The notes beneath the pieces are model-generated. The model had not been told where the DNA came from. It worked only from the letters and a program-made list of their open reading frames with translations, and ran no database searches. The translations under genes were made by a program, and so were the position numbers. From Spongospora subterranea f. sp. subterranea (lineage: Eukaryota): 64,000 nucleotides of DNA. The stretch spans positions 248,001-312,000 of the forward strand of contig JAUGWO010000091.1 in assembly GCA_049724395.1 (NCBI GenBank), read 5' to 3'. Below, in pieces: positions 25,139 to 35,641 of this stretch (position 1 is its first letter; each line of letters opens with the position of its first letter).

Positions 25139-26317
25139 TTATGATGATGAGTGACCAGGAGGGTATTCGACCACACCATTAACCGACACGAATCGCCCTT
25201 TATCTGGTGGGAATACAACGGCGTTATCCTGCCATGGCCAACCCCCAAATCGGGTTTTACTGTAATCGCTAATAGCGGTCTGAATCTCCTGTTCAGAGTT
25301 CATTACGAATGGTCCATGTTGATGAACAGGTTCATTAATCGGTTGTCCTTGCAGGATCAAGGCTTCCGCCTTCTGTGTTCCGCTATTGCGAACATCGACA
25401 CCGGTTCCGCCAGGGATTCGGAACACGGAATGGCGATTTACAGAGCGATCGGCAACGGTGATCCCATCGCCGGTTATAAAATACAGAAGGCGGTTAACAC
25501 CCGCTGCACACGATGGTAATCGAACGGATCCCCCTGGGGCGATGGTCATGAACCAGACGGCGACATCATGGGCCGGATCGGCCGCCCATGAGTCAGGCGG
25601 TGGCGGCAATGGCGCCACATCACCGAATTGGCCCACCAATACCCTCACTGTTGATCGTCCATCGTCAGACACCGATTTCGGTATTGATTCCGCCCAGAAC
25701 ATCACTGAAAATTGTCATTTTTTTGGAGACGATCTTATGAGCGACGAGAACAGACTTTGTTTGGGTTCGGCCATTTTTGATGAAGGCGAAAGGTTCAACC
25801 AAATTTGGAACAGACGTAAAGGATTTGGAGCGGATTGATTGATTAGCGGGAAGTTCTCACCGTGAAGGATTCCTCTTCCTGCCGTCAGCCATTGCATATC
25901 GCCATCACTGTATCGACCGCTGCCTCCTGGCGACACACAGTCAGGTCCATGGCAGGGATCAGGCCAGGGGGCCGACCGACCTAGGCTATCGGTGTGGTCA
26001 ACGGTTCCTTCCATCATGACGGTTAACGTCTCGAATCCCCGATGTGGATGTTGAGGGAATCTGTAATAACCATGAACTCGTTGTTGAAACTGTTGACGAT
26101 GACAATGATACCCTGGGATATGATCTCCATGGTACATTCGATATGGCGCTTGCGGATCGAAATCGTGGCCGTTCCCGCGACGTGGGGCCTGCATCTGCTG
26201 ATCACCGGCAGGATATGAGTCATTATGATAAACACAGAATAAGAACGGGTCCTCTGTGATGAATGGCGATGATGTGATGTCGAGCGGTGTCACAGTTATT
26301 GACGGATTGTGATTCAT
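25139..26317 (-). CDS. Pirin-family protein (cupin), multi-exon
   Basis: DPFLFCVYH; FPQHPHRGFETLT; VDHTDSLG; GDMQWLTAGRGILHGE; LFQIWLNL; C-terminal GQPINEPVHQHGPFVMNSEQEI...FGGWPW. Confidence 0.92.
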
Positions 26318-27010
26318 TGGTGATCGGTGTCGGGAAGAGTGATGTGATCGATAAGGGGAACGGGGCACCAAACCGATCGCCAATACACTGGCTGTGAGAC
26401 TGAAACTCAGGGCAAAGGGTGGGATAACAGTAGTGGCGGTCACCCAATCACATGGCGCTACACCACCCAGTGCTGGTTGGCGGAACGGGTGTGCGCAAAT
26501 CAACCGTCGGGCCGTTCTTGATTGCGTTTGACATGAAATTATAGTACTAGTATATGAAGAGAGAACGTTATTTACACGTGTTCATCACAAGGTGTCAATA
26601 GTTGTTTGACCAGAGTTATCTTCCCGCTGTGGTCAATTGGACCAAGGTTATGGTCATCGTGGTGCTGTCAATCATCAAATCATGAAGACCGTTATTATCA
26701 AACGTGATAAAATCAATTAATTCCCTGGGACTATATCCGTCGTCGTCAACTTCCTTTCAATAAAAAAGGTGTGGGTGAAGACAGGCTTCCTTGTGGATCT
26801 CTCACATTGTTTCATATCTTGAACAAGACGTATAATAATCATGTTTGTAAAGCGACCTCAAACTGTAGTTTCAAAATAGGACTTTAATCGAGAATCGCAG
26901 CCCAATCAGATCAATATAAAACACTAACAAGCAGTAAACCTTTGGATGAAAACGTTGAAAACCCCGACCAGGGATACATCTATTGAATTGGGCAGAGGAC
27001 CCATAAATAA

Positions 27011-27500
27011 GTCAAATAAAACCATTCTTCGTCAATATGGATGACGTTCATCATGGTATTGAAAATTGGATCATGATTGGGTGACTTGGTTATACTTTAG
27101 TTTGGTCATCTGGTTGACCTCAGTGAGGATTGGATTTATCGCGTTTGAATGCGCCCTGAGAACTCCTTCCTTGATTCTTACATTTACTGTGGATACCGAC
27201 AGATTCAAACCGCACCAAAGATACTGGATATTTGATAATTGCTGTAAAGGAATGTTTTTGACTTTCTCTGGATCAACGGGCTTTTTCTTTCGACCAATGC
27301 TTCCTCATGTTTGTCAATAAACGATGGCAGAAGTCGTTCCGTTACCACTTGTTTTCACTCCCTGATCCATATCCTGTTGGCTGTTCGAAGGGGAACGGCA
27401 AATTTGCGGCTTGCTGATGCAATCAAACCGTTGATAAAAATTCCTGCATATTCGTAAATTGAACGACGATGGTCATCAGTAAGGTTTGACTGTCCTTTTC
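27011..27500 (-). mobile_element. Degenerate Tc1/mariner transposase fragment (plant/oomycete DD39D-type), N-terminal half
   Basis: Reverse-strand peptides with stops and frameshifts: NLTDDHRRSIYE; GRKKKPVDPEKVKNIPL...LSVSTV..RIKEGVLRAHSNAINPILTE.N; FNTMMNVIHIDEEWFYLT (first catalytic Asp motif). Confidence 0.75.
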
Positions 27501-27988
27501 TACCGGCAAACTCTCCAGGAACGATGACGATTTCCGAGGGATGCTGATCGTAGGGCTATTGCCTTCCCAAGAGCCACGTTGGCTTCTCCAGCTCGGTTGA
27601 GGTCTTCTGCAGGTGCAGTCAATTTCTTAGATTCTAGTTCAACAATGCCGAGGCAGTGGTGCCACTGGAACAAATTCTGTAAGCCCTTCTCTTGATTATG
27701 AGCTTCTCTTTTTTTTAAAAGCCTCAAAGCTCAACATTTCGGAGAGAGAAATGCACTTGACGTCAGTTATCCAGTTTTGAAAAGGGATATGGCGTTAAAC
27801 AACCTTGTCTCTAAAGGACTTGTATGTCCGAACTCATGTGGTATATGTTCTCGCACGCCATCTCTCCTGTCCATATTGTGTCGGGATGTGTTGCGTCACC
27901 TTCAGTGACACAACCGCTGCAATCAGGGAGAGATGAGATCCGTGTCAATGGATTCATTGATTTCTTATTTATCTCAACGTGAAGCAGC

Positions 27989-28612
27989 ATGTCCAAAGTT
28001 TACGTGTTGCGACTGATTGGCGACAACTTTTACGTCGGCAAGTCCGACAATGTCGAGGAACGATGGCGCCGGCACGTTCGGGGAAAGGCGAGCGCCTGGA
28101 CTAGCCTCCACCAGCCGTTGAGCGTCGAAGAGGTCCGCCTCGTGCAATGCGCCTTCGCCGAAGATAACCTGGTGAAGGAATATATGATGAGGTATGACAT
28201 CGATCACGTTCGAGGAGGCTCCTACAGCAGCGTCCAGCTCGACGACGTTTCTCGAGCGGCTCTCGAGAGGGAGTTTAGAGGCGCCTCTAACCTGTGCTTC
28301 AACTGCGGCCAATCTGGTCATTTTTCGTCGGGCTGTCCGAACCGGCTGGCGCATGACAACGCGCTCATTCCCATTTTAGAATCAAGGGAACCTGTTAAAA
28401 ACCAGATTCGTCTGGCTGTGAAAACTGAGGATCGCTGTTTCCGATGCCGCCGAACAGGTCATTGGGCAAACAGGTGCTACGCGAGAACAACTATTGACGA
28501 AGATCGCTGCTTCCAATGCGGCGAAACTGGTCATTGGGCCAACAGTTGCTACGCGAGAACAACTGCTGATGAATGTAGCCAAAAATTGTCTGCTTTGCGA
28601 TTGTGCGAATGA
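27989..28612 (+). CDS. GIY-YIG endonuclease-like protein with three CCHC zinc knuckles (intronless)
   Basis: VYVLRL...FYVGKS.N.EER..RH..G; AEDNLVKEYMMRYDIDHVRGGSY; knuckles CFNCGQSGHFSSGC, CFRCRRTGHWANRC, CFQCGETGHWANSC. Confidence 0.8.
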   Translation: MSKVYVLRLIGDNFYVGKSDNVEERWRRHVRGKASAWTSLHQPLSVEEVRLVQCAFAEDNLVKEYMMRYDIDHVRGGSYSSVQLDDVSRAALEREFRGASNLCFNCGQSGHFSSGCPNRLAHDNALIPILESREPVKNQIRLAVKTEDRCFRCRRTGHWANRCYARTTIDEDRCFQCGETGHWANSCYARTTADECSQKLSALRLCE

Positions 28613-28924
28613 ATCCATTCCGGTACCCGAATATAAACCGCCAGAAAGCCCAGTGGCTGATTCACCTCAAAATCTTGAGCAATGTCCACAGTACCAGCTG
28701 GATTCCAATTTTTCTGTTCCTGTCTTCAATTACGTTCAGCCTTTCCTGTTTGTTCGTTAGGGTCAATATCTACACCAGCGTAAGGATTCGGTACCTCAGT
28801 GCCATCTAAAATGGGCGAATTTGACTGCCATCAAGCTCCTGCGTTAAGGGTTTGAATAATGTGTTTGAGCTATGTGTGATTGAGCTATGTGGGATTGTTT
28901 GTTGCCACTCGCTGTCACAATTAT

Positions 28925-29200
28925 TCCATGATACGAGCAGTTTCACCGCCTCTTTCCAACAAGATCCGCTTCCTGGCCACTCTGTCAACGATATTTTCTG
29001 GCTGCACATTGATGGAGCAGTGACAAGAATGTGTTTGTCATTGGAAACTGCTCGTGTTAGACATACTTTTTAAGATTCCTAAGTCAGAAGATAGGTCACG
29101 CTTGTGATCAATTTACACTTGATACGAAACTGATCATTTGCTTTTGTAATGCCGGTTTGGCGATATGAACTCACCCGGGTGGCCGACCTTGTTCGGACGG
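28925..29200 (-). pseudogene. Possible relic of an SF1B (UPF1/IGHMBP2-like) helicase
   Basis: HILVTAPS followed, after a frameshift, by ENIVDRVA...ERGGETARI, resembling motif Ia (ILVCAPSNxAVDNL..R....R.G..AR). A weak G.PPG is seen upstream. Confidence 0.3.
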
Positions 29201-30703
29201 CGAATAGTTTCCGAGCCGAGATAATACTGTAGATGGTTCCAATATCATCGGGAGCCAAAAACATCTATGACAACATAAAGCAGGTGTGAATCGTCGGAAT
29301 CGAACATTAGAGGCGAAGGGCGGGGAGTTGAGACCGTTAGACATAGCGATTTTGGTTTATCGTTCAGTGAATGAGGAGTTGAAGGCGTGTGTAGCCTTTT
29401 ACGAATCCAAACCAACAACAATAGTGGTTGAAGGAGCTCGAAACTGTCAGCGTTCCTGGAACCAAATCCTGCAATTGGGCCTTGTTTGTTTTTTGCAGTT
29501 TAATTTGTCCTGAGAATGACTTTCCCGTTCCTAGTTTTGAAGGCCAAATTCGTAACGGGACTGTATCTCTTTTCAAGTGAATGCATTACGTCAACGGTTG
29601 GGTGGACCGCGATGACTAAAACGGTGCCAGGCGAGGGCAAGTCGAGCTGAGGCGAATTTGCTGTTTAGGAGAAGTAGGTTGTGGCAACGCATCTGCGCTG
29701 CTCAGACCAAACGGCATAAGCAGAGGATTCAGCATCACTGGTTCCGTTCATTGTCTTGAACAGACAATCACTGACTCGGGATCACCGTTTGATTGTGCTC
29801 ATCTGCCAATATTTTCCTGCATCCCGTTTTGGATTAAAAAACTGATGAACTCAGGAACGTTATTCTCCAGACAAGGTAACTGCTAACAAACCGATGCTCG
29901 TTTGCCGGATTCACCTCCAAGACCGCTCACAATTCGGCCGTTAACGACATTAAATATCTTGTTGAAATCGGGGTCTTCTTGTTAGTTCGCCATAGCAACA
30001 TTTCGACAGAGGTTCATTCTGTATGGGCTGATAAAGCAAGAAAAATGAAGATGTCTGGGGCGATGATAATGGAAGCCTTTGAGGATTGTGGAAGTGGACA
30101 ATAATGCGATCAGATTAATATGTCACTGAACTCCTTCATCTTCAACAGGTTATGGGCCCAGAGCACGTTAACATGACACAACTAACGCCATCTACCTCGA
30201 ATTACCATAATCGTGTCATGTTAGTGTGATCTGGGTCGAGAACCCGACCAAGATGAAGACGTTTGGGACGATCATGATTGGACATTGCAGGATTTGGATA
30301 GTAATTCGGGGAATAAGACGTCACTGAACTGTCCAGCGATATGGAAATAATATCGAATTAGGCGATGAAGTGGGAGTGAATGTAATATCGACAATTTCTG
30401 CTGCACGAACCTGTCCGAAAGGCAGTGAATGCGATGATGTGTAGTACGACTGCTGTGGTGACTTAAATGGTCAAACATAACATACACACAAGAAAACTCG
30501 AAAATATCCACCTAGTCAAAATTCTACCATGCTGTTCAACCCATACCAAACCCACAAAATAAGTTAACCACGATGATACCCGGGCAATTAGTTGTCTGCT
30601 AACAAGTCTCGGGCCCCATTTGATTCGGCGTGTGATAATGGTGATTGTGTCACATTTAGAAAAATTCGGGATACCCCATTCCACATAATTCATGGCCATG
30701 AAT

Positions 30704-31560
30704 ATGGCGTCAGCTAAGATTCCGTTTTATTTCAAAGGGCGAAAGATGTGCTATAAGCACGTTTCCACAAATGGGGTGTATTTCAGGTGCTCCAAAGCCC
30801 GATCCAGCAGCTGTCGCGGGTCAGCAGTTGTTTGCGATCAAGGCGTTGTTAGAAAGGTATCATCTGCCCATACCTGCACTCCTGATGAACCTGTCGAAGC
30901 TGGTATAGTCGACGCCAGAATGGAGGTAAATATTCATGTGATTTCTGGCACAAGTGTTTGATTTCGCTAATCTCAGATGAAGACTGTTGTTGATGCTTTG
31001 GCAAAAGCCGATCTTTCAAAGTCACCCCAAGAAATTTTTCACAGAGGCACTTGAAATTGTATCGGGAAATGATGTCGATGTCCAGGGCAGTTAGCCCAGT
31101 AGCAAGTCGTGGTATGGTCCCTAACTCCCTATCCACAACTTCACATTACGATGGAGCAACCGCGGCCGATGAAATGGGCAACTGTCTGCGGCAGCACATA
31201 AGACGATTATAACGGGATCATCCCGGCTATAACGATTTTATTAAGGAGCTGTGAGGACATTGTTTTCTGAAATCAAAAATTATTCTATCAAGTCGTTGAT
31301 ATATCACGAATACATAGTAAATAGTTCAACACAATTTATATAAACGTATAGATTTTTGCGACTTTACAAAAGAAAGAATGCATCTGTACGAAACTCAGAG
31401 CTTAAGTTTCAGCAAGTGTGGTAATGTGATTCGATGAATCTGTGAATAGGGATCATACCACGACTTTCCACTGAACTAACTACCCTTATCTACCCTTATC
31501 TGGAAGTTCTTCAGCTGTTTGCGTATAGATTGGAAACGAATGTATCAGGTGAGTTTATCT
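30704..31560 (+). mobile_element. Degenerate Mutator (MULE)-like transposase remnant with FLYWCH/WRKY-like zinc finger
   Basis: YFRCSKARSSSCRGSAVV...AHTC zinc finger; intron-like GT..AG; downstream MKTVVDALAKADLSKSPQEIF interrupted by stops; TLIWKF segment near 31500. Confidence 0.5.
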
Positions 31561-31884
31561 CAGTATTCAACCCTGAAGACAAGCTCGAAAGGAATTCTTT
31601 CCCAATGCGTCTCCGATTTTCTATTGTTTTTCTACAGGCGTCGTCCTTGTCTAAACACTATGATCTCTACCGGTCTACTCAACCGCGCGGCCTCCTCCGC
31701 AGAAGTCATCAAAAGTGCAAAGTGATCAAAAGTGATCAAAAGTGATCACCATTCCATCCTCCCACGGACGGACTGATCCCCAGTCGGCGGCAACTGAAGG
31801 TGGCGCTACAGCATCCCACCAATCCAACACCGCCCTTTTACTCCGTGAGTATTAATTGTCGGGGTTGATCATCTTGGATTAGCG

Positions 31885-33011
31885 ATGGTGTTTACCTCGT
31901 CCTGTCCCAGCGGATTAGCCATGTCCTCGGTGTTGTCCAAGGTTGGCATGATTACGGTTGCCTTCTGCGTGTTTCGCTTGGCCAGGTTCATGTTCACCTA
32001 CTTTATCCGCCCTTCAACCTCCTTTTCTAAATATGGCTCGCATTCCAAAACCTGGGCAGTGGTTACTGGTGCTTCGTCAGGAATTGGCGCTGCGTTTGCC
32101 GAATCGCTCGCCAAGCGTGGCATGAACGTTGTTATCATTGCCCGTTCTGCTAACACACTAAAACTTGTCGCGGATTCTATTGCGAAATCATCACCCTCGG
32201 TTCAGACTAAAATTGTGATTGCCGATGCTGCTTCGCCCAACGCGGTCAATGAAATTGTTAAGGCTGTTGATGGCCTGGACGTATCTGTTCTAGTCAACAA
32301 TGTCGGCGTTTCTGATGATGTACCGACAGAATTGGCACAAATGACGACCGAGATGATCACGAACATCATCAACGTCAACGTGTCGTTCACAACATTATTG
32401 ACGGCCGCTTTCGTTCCGATTCTGACCAAGACAGTGAAGAGCTGCCATTGTCGTGGCGCCATCATCAGTCTGAGCTCGTTCTCCATTCTTGTTCCTGTTC
32501 CTCTGCACTCTGTTTACAGTGGAACTAAGAGCTATATCAACTCGTGGTCTCGTTGCATTGCCGGGGAGCTATCCCACTACAATATCGATGTTGTGTCGAG
32601 GTGATCTGGTCAATTGATTTTAATTATTGTTTAGTCCAGACTGGAATTGAATTGCTTCGTTTTGACGTAAACTCTTTCTTGTTAACTGTTTCTCAATTTT
32701 TGTCCAAATCTCCGTATACGCCGTTGCTCATGTTGGGTTTTGTTAGCGTTCCGAGCTATGTGAAAACGACAATGAGCGGTTTCCGTAAAACGAGCACGTT
32801 AGTGCTGTCGGCTGAACAGGTTGCTGACGATACGTTGAATAAGGTTGCATTCGGTTACGTCTCCATCATACCTTCGTTTACCCATGCTGTATCCGCCTGG
32901 ATTGCCAGCTTGATCCCTGAGACATATCTAGCCAGTAGTACCAGGAAGTTCATGCTCAATGCGCGAAGTAAATTGTTGGCCCGCGCTGCCAAGGCGCAGA
33001 AATCCACTTAA
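31885..33011 (+). CDS. Very-long-chain 3-oxoacyl-CoA reductase (KCR/HSD17B12-like SDR), one intron at about 32600-32746
   Basis: N-terminal TM; WAVVTGASSGIG; GMNVVIIARS; VLVNNVG; catalytic YSGTK; P.YVKTTMS after the intron. Confidence 0.87.
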
Positions 33012-33585
33012 TCGTCAACATGATTGGAAAAAAATCTCCATTGTTTTAATACACTTACGTTTATCATGGTTCTTAGCCCATTTTCAATGACGGTTGATTT
33101 GTATCATAACCGGGATAAACATTTCGATATTGTGATGGAGATATCGATCGCTGACATGTTTATTTTCGCCGTACATTATTCGATATTTGCTGCTATTGAA
33201 TCCATAACATGATTGCCTGTGTTGCAATAAGATGCTTCCCGACTGTTTTATCGATATTTATGTTGGCTGGTCTCGGAAGAAAAATCGCGTGCCATCTCGC
33301 TGATTGTCGTCAAAGTTATATCTGAGATCAAGACAATGGGCGAACCTGATGTTGTGCAATTCTAAGACAATTCTGTATTGTCCTTTCGTTGGGCTTTTAT
33401 AGATTAGGGCGCAACCTCATCTTAAGTCACTCTGTAAAGTCTTGTTGATATTTACCACTGTCAGGCGGGCGATGCCCATGAACAGATTCCCATCAATTCC
33501 AATGACTGAAAATATCATATATTCCAATCAAAGAAGTCCGTTTTCACGATTGACGGCGGGTTGCCGTTCAGCGTTTGGTCGCCTC

Positions 33586-34869
33586 ATGAGGAGAAGCGAG
33601 TTTCTCGCGCTGTTCGTCGTTCTCATGTCGCCGTTGGTCTCGGAATCGGCCACAACGACAGGAAATGAATGGCCAGGCGATATCAAGCTGGCGATCACCA
33701 ATCAGGAAGATTACGTCTGGAGTGTCCGCCTCTACATCACGAACAATGACGCCCGCGCCGCCAGCGGGTTTCTCCTGAAACTCAGGCTGAAAAATCCCGA
33801 GAACGGTGCCTTGGAGCTGAAATCCGAGACGAACGTCGATATTGATTCAAGTGGAGCCAATATCGGTACATGGTCATTACGGGCCCATCAACCGTTTGGA
33901 TTGAGTGGAAATGGCGCTGTCTATTCTGGCTCATCCTTCAAAATTGTGTTCAACGGGCCACTTTACGGGCATTGCATTGGGATCGATCTCCTACAGCCCG
34001 ACGTGACATTGTTCGCTCCAGAATGTTCAGAGTCATCGTGTCCAGCGACATGTGGCGATGGAGCTTGCAACAGCGGCGAGACGTGTGCCACGTGCCCAAT
34101 CGATTGCCTTCGATCATCGTCGGAATTGAAATGCGCGGGAGCGTGTGGTGATGGATTATGTTCACATGGCGAATCTGATCAAACATGTCCTGAGGATTGC
34201 CAGGCCGTAGTTTGCAAGGCGCCGTTCCAGTTTATCTTCGGCTGGAATCTGAATACGACGCTCTTAGCCGCAGGAGTATTGATGGCGATTTTGTTCGGGC
34301 TGATTAGCGGTTTGTGCTTCAAGTACAAGATCGAGCGGCAACAGCTTCTGGCGGAAGAGACTGACAAGAACCACCAGGCCACATTACGACGTATTCCTGC
34401 TCCTAGCGAGTACGATGAGAGCGTCCATGATCTTGAAGCTGCTAAAGAATCGTCTGTAGTGAAACCGGCGCCACCAGAAAACATCTACGCCGAGTATGAT
34501 GAGGAAGTGGCTCATCAACATATTCCCATTGCCTCAAAGGCGAACATATTCTACGAGAGACCGTGGATCAATCCAGACGTTGCTTCCTCATCAGACTTCA
34601 CAACAAGAAGTGTCTCGGCAGCGTCTCCGTCAGTTGCGTCAATCAGGTCCGATGCCGAACTGTCGTTGGCGCTGGCATACTCGCAGGCCGAGCCCAGGGT
34701 TCCTGGATATTTGCAAGATATGGCGCAGTTGTCGCCAGCTGGGGTTGAAGATGGACTGCGGAAACGATTGCGACTCGACTCACAATCGTTGCAAGATGCT
34801 CCGATCATGGTCACTCCCGTTGCGCCAAGTAGCGATGGTCACACAATGTTGGCCAATCAGCCCACCTAA
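33586..34869 (+). CDS. Type I membrane protein with CBM2-like beta-sandwich and Cys-rich CGDG repeats (intronless)
   Basis: Signal peptide (FLALFVVLMSPLVSES); WSVRLYITN...; two CGDG.C..GE....CP.DC repeats; TM LLAAGVLMAILFGLISGLCF; low-complexity cytoplasmic tail. Confidence 0.7.
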   Translation: MRRSEFLALFVVLMSPLVSESATTTGNEWPGDIKLAITNQEDYVWSVRLYITNNDARAASGFLLKLRLKNPENGALELKSETNVDIDSSGANIGTWSLRAHQPFGLSGNGAVYSGSSFKIVFNGPLYGHCIGIDLLQPDVTLFAPECSESSCPATCGDGACNSGETCATCPIDCLRSSSELKCAGACGDGLCSHGESDQTCPEDCQAVVCKAPFQFIFGWNLNTTLLAAGVLMAILFGLISGLCFKYKIERQQLLAEETDKNHQATLRRIPAPSEYDESVHDLEAAKESSVVKPAPPENIYAEYDEEVAHQHIPIASKANIFYERPWINPDVASSSDFTTRSVSAASPSVASIRSDAELSLALAYSQAEPRVPGYLQDMAQLSPAGVEDGLRKRLRLDSQSLQDAPIMVTPVAPSSDGHTMLANQPT

Positions 34870-35641
34870 TGATTTTGTTCCCTCTTGGAAAAATTGGATG
34901 TTATATAGAATATGTCTTATAAATCGACCAATCACGCATGTTTATTTAAAGAAGGTAAATTCAATTCAATTAAGTAGGCGCGAAGCTCAGCGTCGCGCGC
35001 TGGGCTAGCTGATTTATGGAATTTCGACCAACCGTGTGGCGTTTTGGTAATGGGCACTGTCCAATGAATATATCTGGCGACTTGTGATGGGGGTTGCTCC
35101 GTCTGAGTCGCTGGACCTATTGACCTGTTGAATCATAAACCACTTGGCAATAATCAAATGGGGGTTACGACTTCCCAGTCATACGCCATTCTCTCTCACC
35201 CAACAAACCTATGTTTCTGATTCCTCAGAAAAACTCAATTTTTGACTAATCCTCATTTGTAGTTGGGATACACATTGAAAAAGATTGGCCACTTCGTCTG
35301 ACAAAGAAACCTGTGGCGGACGGCGACGACCTCTGAGCTGCATCCAGAGAATATCAGGTACTGCCCGTCCTCAGACGTGCATCATGATCAGCATGGCTGA
35401 AAACTGATTGCAATGCGTCACCCGTCGTCACAGGGACTTCACACGTTCACCATTCGGCTCATTCCATTGACATGGCCCGATTGTTTGCTGATATAACTCA
35501 TAAATACCAAGGCGAAGCTCCGGATTCGTTGTCACCGGTAGTCGTAAGCCCTAAGACACGTCGTCTGAATGTCGAATCGTAAGTTTCCCCCATCGCCTGA
35601 GCCCGTCTGCTTTTCTTAGCGTGCAACCATTCGTCCGTAGC

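Noticed and set aside
29364..29650. Walker-A-like strings GTGKS and GEGKS
   Set aside because: Isolated, on opposite strands, and lacking the preceding hydrophobic strand or downstream motifs.
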